Program-made: the position numbers and the translations under genes | The notes under the pieces: generated by a model | Seen by the model: only the letters and a program-made list of their open reading frames with translations | Databases searched by the model: none | Told to the model about the DNA's origin: nothing | Shown: positions 45,579 through 55,168 of the stretch, piece after piece | How the letters are laid out: each line of letters begins with the position of its first letter | How positions within the stretch are numbered: the stretch's first letter is position 1 | Assembly: GCA_963818475.1 (NCBI GenBank) | Contig: CAWFSF010000006.1 | Coordinates: 800,001-864,000 of the forward strand | Origin: Nitrospirota bacterium | GTDB taxonomy: Bacteria > Nitrospirota > UBA9217 | Length of the DNA stretch: 64,000 nucleotides | Reading direction: 5' to 3'

Positions 45579-45736
45579 AATAGCCTGCGCCTCGATGCTT
45601 TGATGTGTGCTGCCACGGCTGACCGTTCGAGAAAACTATAACATAAACTGAAAAAAAAAGGAATGCCGGCCCGGAGCAACCACCGGATTTATCTGGTATA
45701 CTTTGGCCAGCATTGAACATTCCAAAGGAGGATGCC

Positions 45737-46222
45737 ATGAAATATACGAATCTATTGGTCCTGGTTGTGGCGCTTTTGCTGCCCTTCGGTCTTGTCGCGT
45801 ATGGGGAGGAGGAAAAACAGCCTGCCAAGGAAGCTGCTCCGACAGCAGCAACGGAAGGTCGCTCCCCCGGTGCGGTCAAAAAAGTGAAACGTGTTGTGGC
45901 TGCCGTGGACGCTGACGGAGTGCAGCGTGTTGAGGTCGTGGGTGGGGGCTATTTCTTCGACCCCAACTACATCATCGTGAAGGTGAACGTGCCGGTTGAG
46001 TTGAAGGTCAGGAAGGAAGACGGATTTGTGCCTCATGATATCGTGGTGAAAGCGCCGGAGGCGGGAATCAATTTCTCGGAATCACTCGGCAAGGCCCCCA
46101 AGGTCATCAAATTCACGCCAACGGCAATTGGGAAATATGAGATGTATTGCGGCAAGAAGCTCTTATTTGTAAAAAGCCACAAGGAACGCGGCATGGACGG
46201 CATAATAGAGGTTGTTCAATAG
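45737..46222 (+). CDS. cupredoxin-like domain periplasmic protein
   Basis: AAAGGAGG RBS, signal peptide, PHDIV...YEMYC...H...GMDG copper ligands. Confidence 0.82.
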   Translation: MKYTNLLVLVVALLLPFGLVAYGEEEKQPAKEAAPTAATEGRSPGAVKKVKRVVAAVDADGVQRVEVVGGGYFFDPNYIIVKVNVPVELKVRKEDGFVPHDIVVKAPEAGINFSESLGKAPKVIKFTPTAIGKYEMYCGKKLLFVKSHKERGMDGIIEVVQ

Positions 46223-46230
46223 AACAAAGG

Positions 46231-46258
46231 ACGGCCGGGCCTTGGTCCCGGCCGTTTC
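46231..46258 (+). terminator. rho-independent terminator
   Basis: ACGGCCGGG-ccttggt-CCCGGCCGT followed by TT. Confidence 0.6.
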
Positions 46259-46422
46259 CATAAAAGCTCCCTTCCACAACCTCGCAGTGTAAATCTTTTC
46301 AGGTTTTCGTGTACCGCCACCCCGCATTATTGCTCAGCATGGTCCTCCAACCGGGGCGCTTCCCGAAGGGGGGAATACTGTTTTGATTGACTTCCCGGCC
46401 GCACCTTGATACTATATTATCA

Positions 46423-47349
46423 ATGTTACGGTTTCTTGCGAAAAGACCTGCCCTCGGGCTTGAAATAACATCAACAGCACTGCGGCTTGCAGCAATTTCC
46501 GGGAAAGGGGCGACTGCCTCTGTTCTCGGGACGGCACGGGCGGTTGTTCCCGCCGGCATGGTGAGCGAAAGCTACGGTGCACCCAACCTTGACGCTCCCC
46601 AAGATCTTTCCCGCCTGTTACGTGACTGCCTGACCGGCCTGGGACGGCCCGACATCCGCCGTGTGGCACTCAGTTTGCCCGACAGCGTATTCCGCGTGCA
46701 GACGCTCGATTTTGACACGCTGCCGGGAAAGGCCCTGGACCGGGAACGGCTGATCCGCTGGCGCCTTGAAAAGACCGCAGCCTTCGATGTTGCGGACACG
46801 TCGCTCCGGTACGAGGTCCTCCGGGGACAGGACCGCGGCCTTACGGTGCTGGCCTGCGTTGCCAAACAGAGCGTGCTGGCCCAGTATGAGGCGATGCTCA
46901 CCATGCTCGGCCTCGAACCCTGGTCCATAGGCCTTTCATCTTTTTCTACCTTGAACTTTTACGCTGCGTACCTGACGAAACGGTCTCCGGTCGCCGTGCT
47001 GGCGCATATCACCGATGATGCTTTCGCCACGGTCATTCTCGAGAACGGCGGGGTGCGCTTCTACCGCTATAAAGAGATCAAACGGGGGGGCGTTGACGAG
47101 ATCCGCGCCCGGACCATCCGGGAGATCGAAGACTCCATTCATTTTTATTCGCACATGGACCGCATCCAGGCCGCGGAGATCGGGCATCTCTTTCTCACCG
47201 GCGATGCAGCAGCGGGCGACGGGCTTGCAGAGGGGCTCCATGACAGGATGGGAGTCACGGTCGAATTGCTGTCCCCGGCAGTCGTCCTGTCCCGGGGGCA
47301 GGCGGAGCCGGACCTTGCTGCGGCCCTCGGAGCCGGAGGTTCTTTGTGA
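46423..47349 (+). CDS. PilM/GspL-like cytoplasmic assembly protein
   Basis: ALGLEI, VALSLPD, FLTGD actin-like motifs; first gene of the cluster. Confidence 0.78.
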   Translation: MLRFLAKRPALGLEITSTALRLAAISGKGATASVLGTARAVVPAGMVSESYGAPNLDAPQDLSRLLRDCLTGLGRPDIRRVALSLPDSVFRVQTLDFDTLPGKALDRERLIRWRLEKTAAFDVADTSLRYEVLRGQDRGLTVLACVAKQSVLAQYEAMLTMLGLEPWSIGLSSFSTLNFYAAYLTKRSPVAVLAHITDDAFATVILENGGVRFYRYKEIKRGGVDEIRARTIREIEDSIHFYSHMDRIQAAEIGHLFLTGDAAAGDGLAEGLHDRMGVTVELLSPAVVLSRGQAEPDLAAALGAGGSL

Positions 47350-47882
47350 TCACGATCAATTTTGCAAGCATAAATTACCGGCTCGCGTCACGCTTGTCAG
47401 CAGGGCTGACTGTCGTTACCGTTTTGCTCACTGCGGTATTGGCGATCCAGATATGGGGTTTCACGGGATCGCGGGCCGACCGTATTGCTCTGGAGCAGAA
47501 ACTGAAACAGCAATCCGACCGGGAGGAGCAGATCCGGCCGGTCCTGCAGGAACGGGCACAGATCGTGAGCGACCTGACGGCCATGGCCGGCCTGATGGAG
47601 GCGCGGCGCTTCTCCTGGACCAGGCTGCTGACCAGTCTGGAAACGGCCTTTCCCACCGGCGTTGCTCTGACAAAACTGGAATTCGATCCCAAAGAGCGGA
47701 CCCTGGTGATCGAAGGCGTGGCACAGTCTCCGGAGGCGCTCCGCAATCTGATGGTCGGACTTGAAAAGTCGACCTACTTTAAGGACCCGCTGCTGAAGCA
47801 TCAATCCGTGGACAAGGGGATCATTTCGTTCAATGTCGCTTCCTTCTATACCGACCATATCGTGGCCCTTCGGGCTCGCTGA
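47346..47882 (+). CDS. PilN-like protein
   Basis: INFAS start, TM, coiled coil, FSWTRLLTSLE..P.GV.L. Confidence 0.8.
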   Translation: MITINFASINYRLASRLSAGLTVVTVLLTAVLAIQIWGFTGSRADRIALEQKLKQQSDREEQIRPVLQERAQIVSDLTAMAGLMEARRFSWTRLLTSLETAFPTGVALTKLEFDPKERTLVIEGVAQSPEALRNLMVGLEKSTYFKDPLLKHQSVDKGIISFNVASFYTDHIVALRAR

Positions 47883-48393
47883 GAACCGCACGCTCAGAAC
47901 CATCGCCCTGATCTGTGCCGTTCTCATCAGTGCGAACGTGCTGTTCTACCTGTTCGTGGCCGCGCCGTCAGCAGCGGGGCTTCGGGAGCTTGGGTCCCGG
48001 CATGCCGAGCTCCGGAAGCGGCATGCCGAAGCAATGCAGTTCCAGAAACAGAAGCAGGCCCTTGCCGGCATCAAGACCGGGATCCAGACGCAGAAGGACA
48101 TGCCGCTCCTCGTCAAGGACCTGGTGCAGACCGCGCGCGGGCTTAACCTCAGGGTTGGGCCGATCAACTACGATATTCCCAAACCCGGAAGCGGGGGGCT
48201 CGCCATGCTCACGTTCTCCTTTCCCGCCCAGGGCAGGTATCCCGATATCAAACGGTTCATTTACGAGACCGAGACCTCACCCCGGCTGGTGGGCATTCAG
48301 GATGTGGAACTGGATTCTGAAAAAGACGGGGTCAAGCTGCAAGTGAAGCTCGTGACCTATATCAGAAGCACCGAAGAAAAGGCGCAACCCTGA
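47833..48393 (+). CDS. PilO/GspM-like protein (start uncertain)
   Basis: TM, coiled coil, GRYPDIKRFIYETE motif. Confidence 0.75.
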   Translation: MSLPSIPTISWPFGLAENRTLRTIALICAVLISANVLFYLFVAAPSAAGLRELGSRHAELRKRHAEAMQFQKQKQALAGIKTGIQTQKDMPLLVKDLVQTARGLNLRVGPINYDIPKPGSGGLAMLTFSFPAQGRYPDIKRFIYETETSPRLVGIQDVELDSEKDGVKLQVKLVTYIRSTEEKAQP

Positions 48394-49007
48394 TGGCGTT
48401 CAGCAAACAGCAGCAAAAAATCGTTCTGAGCGTGCTGGTCGTGGTCCTTGTACTGGCGATCATCTACCGCTTCGTCACTGGCGAAAAGCCGAAGACCGCG
48501 CCGCTTACCTACCCGCGCGGGGCGGTCGCGACCGCGCCAGTCCGGCAGGGGCTCCCGTCCCCAGCGGCATCTTCGGACCCGCTCACTGTTTTTTTTGCAC
48601 GCCAACACGAGCCCTTTCCCGGTGTCGGTCGCGATTTGTTCAGGATGCAAAATCCCGCGCCCAAACCAACAAAGCCGGCACCGGCCGTTCCTGCTGCTCC
48701 GGTTCCGCCGCCCGTGCCGGAGAAGTCGCCGGAGGAGATCGCAGCAGAGTTTGCCAGGGCGGACCTTTCGAAGTTCCGCTTCCTGGGATACCTGACCGAC
48801 AGGGACCGGTCCCTGTTCCTGTCGAAGGACGGGGAAACGTTCATCGTGAAAAGCGGCGACCGGGTCCTCAAAAACTATACGATCAAGGATGCAGGCAAGG
48901 ATTACGTGATCCTGCTCGATACGGTCACGAATGTCGAGGTGCGTATCGAACTCTCGGGAAGCGGACCTGAACCGGCCGCGCCGCCCCAGCCGCAGAGATT
49001 CAGATGA
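48393..49007 (+). CDS. PilP/GspC-position protein
   Basis: TM, RDLF, Pro linker, FRFLGYL...LFLSKDGETFIVKSGD. Confidence 0.7.
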   Translation: MAFSKQQQKIVLSVLVVVLVLAIIYRFVTGEKPKTAPLTYPRGAVATAPVRQGLPSPAASSDPLTVFFARQHEPFPGVGRDLFRMQNPAPKPTKPAPAVPAAPVPPPVPEKSPEEIAAEFARADLSKFRFLGYLTDRDRSLFLSKDGETFIVKSGDRVLKNYTIKDAGKDYVILLDTVTNVEVRIELSGSGPEPAAPPQPQRFR

Positions 49008-51383
49008 GGAGATGGATGATGAAAAAGATCGTGCTATTGCTCATGGCCGGCGTCCTGCCGGCGCTCATCGCCGGCTGCGCCGGTTCCCGGGCGTACCAGC
49101 GGGGCGAGACCTATTCCCACCGCGGAGAATGGGACCTGGCGGTCAAGGAATACCGCGAGGCCAACAAGCAGGCGCCCCAGGATATTGAGTACCGCTCATC
49201 ACTGATGCGCGCGGAGGAAACGGCGGCCAACCAGCATTATCAAAAGGCCCGCTCATTCGTCAAGGAGCGCAAACTCGACCAGGCCATCGTGGAGCTGCAG
49301 CAGGCGCTGTTCCTGAATCCGTCGAACGCGGCGATCCAGGGCGCACTCAAGTCGGTGCTCGACATCAAGCAGGCCGAGGAGCATTACCGGGCGGCGCTGA
49401 CGTTTCAGGAGCTGTCAAGACTGAACGACGCCATCACGGAACTGGGCCAAGCCGTCGAACTTGATCCGGAGAACGCCAAATACCATGACGCCCTGGACAA
49501 ACTGCAGAAGAAGAAGACCGAGATCGAGCCTGATGACGCCCTGAACCTGGCATCGGACAAGCCGATCACGCTGAATTTCAAAAATACGAACATCAAGGAG
49601 GTCTTCGAGCTCTTGGCGAAGCTCTCCGGGATCAATATCATGTTCGACGAAGAGGTCAAGGCCCAGCCCATCACCGTCTTTGTCAAGGATGTTTCGTTCC
49701 AGTATGCGTTGAACCTGCTGCTCTCGACGAACAAGCTTTTCATGAAAAAGATCAGCGCCGACACGATCATCATTATCCCCAAGAACAAGTCCAAGTCCGA
49801 CCAGTACCAGGACCTGATGGTGAAGACCTATTACCTCAACTATGCGAAGTCCAAGGAGATCGTGAACCTCCTGCGGTCCATGCTCGATGTCAAAAAGGTG
49901 TACGTCAACGAGATCCTGAACTCCATCACGATCCGCGATACACCCGAGAAGATCAAGCTGGTTGAAAAAATGATCGCAGCCAACGATCTGAAGGAAGGCG
50001 AGGTCATTCTCGACGTCGAGATCCTCGAGATCTCGCGGAGTAACACCCTGAAGTACGGCTGGAATTTCAGTCCCGGGCTTTCGGTCTCCGGAACGATCCA
50101 GAAAACGGATCCGTCCACAGGCGCGGCCGTGACCGACACGGGGATCACCCTGGCGGATTTGCGGAGCTCGGAAAAAAACGGTCTTTTCCTGAGCCTGCCG
50201 GGCATCGTGGTGAATCTGATCAAGCAGGACTCCGATGCCCAGGTCCTGGCCAATCCCCGTGTTCGCGTGCTGAACAACAAGCCGGCCAAGTTCCATATCG
50301 GCGACAAGATACCGATACAAACGTCGGTTGTGCAGGCAGCGGTGGCAGGCCAGACGACCTCGAACTTCGAGTATAAGGACGTGGGCATCAAGCTGAACAT
50401 CGAGCCGACGATCCACCTCAACAGCACGGTGACGCTCAAACTGGGCCTCGAGATCAGCACGCTTGGCGATGCCCTCGACTTCGGCAACGGCCAGAAACAG
50501 TACAAGTTCGGTACGCGCAACACGGACACGATCATCAACCTTCGGGACGGCGAAACGGTGATCATCGGCGGGCTGATCAAGGACGAGGAGCGCCGGGGCA
50601 GCATCAAGATCCCGCTGCTCGGCGATATCCCGATCCTGGGCAAGCTCTTCTCGTCGTCCGATGACGGCACGATCAAGACCGACATCCTCATGTCCATTAC
50701 CCCCAACATCGTGCGGAGCATGGAGATCCCGGACAAGGAGATGCAGAATTTCTGGTCAGGGACGGAGGAGGCATTCGATATCAAGCCGCTCTTCGTGACC
50801 ACGGCAAGCAAGAGCACGCGCGCCCCTGAAAAGGCCGCTTGATAAGACGGCGGTCCTCGACGCCCTGGCAAAACGGGAGCCTGCGGGTGCGGTCGAAGCG
50901 CCCGGGACGGGGACGGCTGCCCCGATCGAACCGCCCGCGGGGCAAAAGCCGGCCCTGCCGCCGACGGCCGGATCGGTACTGGAAATGAAACCCGCCGACG
51001 TGAGCGTGGCCGTAGGACAGGACATGAGATTTGAGCTCTCGGTGGATAACGTGCGCGATCTTTACGGCGCTATTGTCACGCTCGGCTATGATCCGAAGAT
51101 CACGGAATTCAAGACCGCCAGCGAAGGGGCGCTGCTGAAAAAGGACGGCCAGCAGACCTCTTTCCTGTTCTCGAACAACGTCAAGGCGGGGACGGTGGAC
51201 ATCTATATGACGCGGATCGGCGATGTGGGCGGGATAAGCGGTGCGGGAAGCCTGGGCACGCTCGTATTCCAGAGCAAGGCCGGCGGTTCCGGAGAAATAA
51301 GCCTTCGGAGCGTCAAACTGACGAATTCCAGCCGGGAGCCGATCAAGGCGGAGCTCAAGGGAGCGAAGATCACCGTCAAGTAG
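49004..51383 (+). CDS. lipoprotein secretin (GspD/PilQ-like) with TPR N-terminus and cohesin-like C-terminus (frameshift near 50840)
   Basis: Lipobox IAGC, TPRs, LANPRVRV, YKDVGIKL, IPLLGDIPILGKLF; ORF 50985-51383 is cohesin-like and continues the frame-shifted linker. Confidence 0.85.
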
Positions 51384-51398
51384 CGGGTGTTCCTGATC

Positions 51399-51875
51399 AT
51401 GCAAAAAGGACTTACCCTCATAGAGCTGATGGTCGTGATCGCTATCCTCGGGATCCTCACCGCTGCGGCAATGCCCCTTTCGCGCATGACCGTGAAGCGG
51501 GTCCGGGAGATGGAACTGCGGAGCGACCTCAGGATCCTGCGCAATGCCATCGATGCGTTCAAGAAGGACTGCATCGAAAAAAAGATCGCTTCGGATTATT
51601 GCAAGGCTGAGCGGGACAACTATCCCGAGTCGCTGGAACTGCTGGTCGAACCGGTGAAGCTGGCAGGCGCCGTGGACAGAACAAAAAAATATCTGCGCAG
51701 GATACCGCGCGACCCCATGATGCCGCCTGAGCAGGACGGCAACGCGCACAACTGGGGGCTCCGTGCCTACGGCGATGAGCCTGACTCGACCCAATGGGGC
51801 GGCGACAATGTGTTCGACGTCTATTCCCGGAGCGAGGCGATCGCCCTGGACGGGACCAGGTACAATACGTGGTGA
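51399..51875 (+). CDS. type II secretion pseudopilin (GspG-like)
   Basis: KG|LTLIELMVV prepilin motif, YLRRIPRDPM, YNTW. Confidence 0.88.
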   Translation: MQKGLTLIELMVVIAILGILTAAAMPLSRMTVKRVREMELRSDLRILRNAIDAFKKDCIEKKIASDYCKAERDNYPESLELLVEPVKLAGAVDRTKKYLRRIPRDPMMPPEQDGNAHNWGLRAYGDEPDSTQWGGDNVFDVYSRSEAIALDGTRYNTW

Positions 51876-51904
51876 AGGCGGGACGGAGATAAACCGTAAA
51901 ATGT

Positions 51905-52018
51905 TTTGCCACGAAGACACGAAGACACGAAGACACAAAGTGCAGCCTTAATCTAATCATTAAAGCGATTTATTCATCAGTTTTGTTGTTCTTCGTGACT
52001 TCGAGCCTTCGTGGCAAA
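51905..52018. repeat. CACGAAGA octamer palindromic element
   Basis: tttgccacgaagacacgaagacacgaagacacaaag ... cttcgtgacttcgagccttcgtggcaaa. Confidence 0.85.
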
Positions 52019-52062
52019 TTTTGGTTCCGGATTGTCCGGTCAGGAACAAGCAAATGGATACT

Positions 52063-52467
52063 ATGAACAATAAAAAAAAGCTCCTCAAACAGGCAGGATT
52101 CACGCTGATCGAGCTTATGATCGTGCTGTCGATCATGGGGATTCTGATCACCATTGCCGAGCCCAGCTTCAAGCAGTCCATTATCAGGGCGAGGGAAGCG
52201 GTGCTGAAGGAGGACCTGTTCCAGATCCGTGACGCCATTGACCAGTATTATGCTGACAATAATAAATATCCCGAGCAACTTACCGACTTGATCAACCAGC
52301 AGGACCGTACTCGTAGCTATCTGCGCGAGATCCCCAAAGATCCGTTTACCAGGGCTGCGGACTGGATCACCGTATCACCGGAAGGCGGCGAAGAGGCCGG
52401 CGTCTTCGATGTTCACAGCGCCAGCCCGCTCATTGCGGTTGATGGCACCGCGTATAATACCTGGTAG
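52063..52467 (+). CDS. type II secretion pseudopilin (GspG-like)
   Basis: AG|FTLIELMIV, AIDQYYAD, YLREIPKDPFT, YNTW. Confidence 0.88.
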   Translation: MNNKKKLLKQAGFTLIELMIVLSIMGILITIAEPSFKQSIIRAREAVLKEDLFQIRDAIDQYYADNNKYPEQLTDLINQQDRTRSYLREIPKDPFTRAADWITVSPEGGEEAGVFDVHSASPLIAVDGTAYNTW

Positions 52468-52723
52468 GTTTCCCAGCCGTCCGTACCCGCTCCAGGTTCG
52501 TGCGGCAGCAGGGCGGCCAACTCGTGCAGAATTCTCACTGTTTGAAGCAGGGTTCTATTAACCTCCATTGCAACTCGATTTTTCTTTTCATTAATCCTAA
52601 AAATCCTGACATCGCCCACTCCGGCTTGACCCTCCGCCAAAAGCTCAAAGCGTGACCTCAGCATCCAAAATTACCAGCCGTCAGCTGATTCGCGTCACAA
52701 TCGTTTTTTTGAGCGTCATACAG

Positions 52724-52771
52724 CACCTGTCAATTCTGACAGGTGACAGGTGACACCTTCTCCTATATAAT
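52724..52771 (+). promoter_or_regulatory. palindromic activator site overlapping a sigma70 promoter (copy 1)
   Basis: CACCTGTCA-attc-TGACAGGTG (52724-52745); -35 GTGACA 52743-52748, 17 bp, -10 TATAAT 52766-52771. Confidence 0.8.
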
Positions 52772-53048
52772 TCACGTGCATTGCATCAGCGACATTCTTC
52801 TCTTGGCGCAGTCGATCGTCCGGCTGTGAAAAATATGAATTCGCATTTGCACCGCGACGCTCTTTGACATTCAGCCTAGCTGTCCAACCTGCGAGATTCT
52901 GTTTGCCCTATGCGGCAAATATGGTAAGATACTGCCGTCTGCTTCGTTGACCGATCAATTGCAGATATTGGCTGGTTTGTGCGTCGCCGGCATTCCCTCA
53001 GTGTGGACAAAGCGACCGGGGTAATAATTATCTTGTGGGAGAACTATC

Positions 53049-54923
53049 GTGACGAAAATCGTCAGCAGTTTCACTATTTTTCTTGCCCTGGCCTTCTCCA
53101 TAACCTTCCCCCCCATTACCCTGGCGCAGCCTGATGAAGACAAAAAGTTCCTTCTCATGTATTTTAAGGAAGAGGAGCTCGTCGTGGAGTCGCCGACGCG
53201 CGGCAAAAAACCCCTCACCCAGGTTGCGGAGAACATTACCGTCGTTACCGCGGATGACATCAAACTCATGAACGCCCACACGGTCGCGGACGTGCTGAAT
53301 GGCGTGACCGGTGTGCAGGTGTTCATGACCGGCGGGCCGGGCAGTTCTGCACTGGCATCCATCCAAGGCTCGGATAACAGGCATGTTGCCATATTCATGG
53401 ATGGAATTCCTATGAACAACCTTAGCGACAATGTCACGGAGATCGGTGCTCTACCGGTCCAGAATATAGAAAAGATAGAGATCATCAAGGGACCGGCGTC
53501 TTCTGCCTGGGGCTCCTCCCTCGGCGGTGTAGTGAATATTATTACGAAGTCGGGGAGTGATGATGGATCCCGCAGCACGGTCTCTGCGAGCTACGGCGGA
53601 AAAAGCATGGCTGATATTAGAATGGAAACCCTTGGCAAAGAGGAACGATTCGGTTACTACGTCACCGCAGGCAGGCTTCAAACCGACGGTTTCAGGTCTC
53701 ATAATGATTTTTCCGGGAACAATGTTTACACAAAACTGACGTATGGCTTATCGGATAAAACGACCATCGGTTTTACTGTTGGGTATGACAACCTTTCGAG
53801 GGGTATTGCAGAATATCCTGACCCTGCTTACGATCTGTTTATTAATAATAAAATAGAGACACTGAAATCGTCTTTGATGGTGAAATCTTTGTTGAGTGAC
53901 GACGTAGAAGCTCAGCTCTCATTTTGGAAGTTGAAACAGAATAATGACATTTATTATTATAAGTTGAGTTCCGGAGTAGAGCTTTCAAAATACTACTATA
54001 AAGATAGCGGTTACGGCTCGAGTGCGAAACTCTCCTGGAAACACGATTTACATAATATCGTTCTGGGTGTGGACTTAGATTCTAAAAAACTTGAGTCTAA
54101 TACTATAGCTGACAATGATGGTTTAAAAAAATGGGCTTATTATATCAACGATACTGTTGCGATCGATCGCTTGTCACTTACGCCTGGCATCCGTTATGAT
54201 AAAACAAGCACGAACGGCGATTTCACCAGCCCGAGCCTTGGCGTTACTTATAAAATAACCGACTCATCTTTGCTCCGGGCATATGTTGCGCGGGGCTTCA
54301 GCATTCCGCCGCTTGGTTATACTTATGGAGATAACGATTTTTATATATCAAATCCAGACTTAAAAATGGAAAGAGTTTGGTCCTATGAGCTAGGAGCTGA
54401 ATCTACAGCGTTGCAATATGTCTGGATGAAGCTGTCCCTATTTCGGCACGATATCAGCGGCGGCATAAGACCAGAACCCGTATCAACGACTTCATCTACA
54501 CGGGTCAATGATGGAAGAGAGAGAAGGCAGGGAATGGAAATAGAGATGAAGTCACTGCCTCTCTACCATACTTTAATGGTTGCTGCAGTAACATTTATAA
54601 ACGCGAAAGATCTGGATACGGGTGAAACTATCGTAAACGTTCCTCAGCGAACATATGATATAGGCCTCCAGTTTGAGAATAATTCATTCAAGGCGCTGCT
54701 CAAGGGACATTATATTTATTGGAACGCTGATCCTACGTATAACGGGAAATACGATTCGATAATCGTGGATCTTCATGTTGCGAAGAATCTTTATGCGCAG
54801 CAAGATCAAGCGCTCGAAGCTTATTTTGATATCCATAATATATTCAACGGATCTCAATATCTTGTGGATGTATATACAAACCCGGCACGGTGGTTTGAAG
54901 CCGGCGTACGCTATACGTTCTAA
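53049..54923 (+). CDS. TonB-dependent outer membrane receptor
   Basis: Signal peptide, plug IEKIEIIKGPASSAWGSSLGGVVNIITK, C-terminal GVRYTF. Confidence 0.93.
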   Translation: MTKIVSSFTIFLALAFSITFPPITLAQPDEDKKFLLMYFKEEELVVESPTRGKKPLTQVAENITVVTADDIKLMNAHTVADVLNGVTGVQVFMTGGPGSSALASIQGSDNRHVAIFMDGIPMNNLSDNVTEIGALPVQNIEKIEIIKGPASSAWGSSLGGVVNIITKSGSDDGSRSTVSASYGGKSMADIRMETLGKEERFGYYVTAGRLQTDGFRSHNDFSGNNVYTKLTYGLSDKTTIGFTVGYDNLSRGIAEYPDPAYDLFINNKIETLKSSLMVKSLLSDDVEAQLSFWKLKQNNDIYYYKLSSGVELSKYYYKDSGYGSSAKLSWKHDLHNIVLGVDLDSKKLESNTIADNDGLKKWAYYINDTVAIDRLSLTPGIRYDKTSTNGDFTSPSLGVTYKITDSSLLRAYVARGFSIPPLGYTYGDNDFYISNPDLKMERVWSYELGAESTALQYVWMKLSLFRHDISGGIRPEPVSTTSSTRVNDGRERRQGMEIEMKSLPLYHTLMVAAVTFINAKDLDTGETIVNVPQRTYDIGLQFENNSFKALLKGHYIYWNADPTYNGKYDSIIVDLHVAKNLYAQQDQALEAYFDIHNIFNGSQYLVDVYTNPARWFEAGVRYTF

Positions 54924-54975
54924 TAACTTGAGCACTATTCGCTTTAAATTAAAAAAGGGGGGGAGGTGAGTGGGG

Positions 54976-55071
54976 ATGAAAAATCGTATTATCGTTTTAA
55001 AAAAAGGAGTTGATAAAAAAGGCGTTGTTTCCGGCGGCTGTTGTGCCATGGCTTTTATTCCGATCCGTTAG
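54976..55071 (+). CDS. 31-aa RiPP precursor peptide MKNRIIVLKKGVDKKGVVSGGCCAMAFIPIR
   Basis: Strong GGAGGTG RBS, directly upstream of an rSAM/SPASM gene, CC motif after GG; below the ORF-track cutoff. Confidence 0.8.
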   Translation: MKNRIIVLKKGVDKKGVVSGGCCAMAFIPIR

Positions 55072-55088
55072 TTAACGTACGTTTTAGA

Positions 55089-55121
55089 GAGGGAGGGCTG
55101 CTGGCTCTCCCTCGCATTTTA
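55089..55121 (+). terminator. stem-loop between precursor and maturase
   Basis: GAGGGAGGGC-tgctg-GCTCTCCCTC then gcattttatt. Confidence 0.6.
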
Positions 55122-55168
55122 TTCTTATAAAAGCGACAGATTTTGATCTACCTCATGATGAAAAGACC

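Noticed and set aside
454-51938. Long antisense ORFs (e.g. 454-2106, 2605-3789, 49415-50416, 50781-51938)
   Set aside because: Shadow frames of GC-rich genes with no recognisable motifs.
52778-53048. Cobalamin riboswitch or Fur box ahead of the TonB receptor
   Set aside because: No B12-box elements and only a half match to the Fur consensus, consistent with a non-nutrient role.
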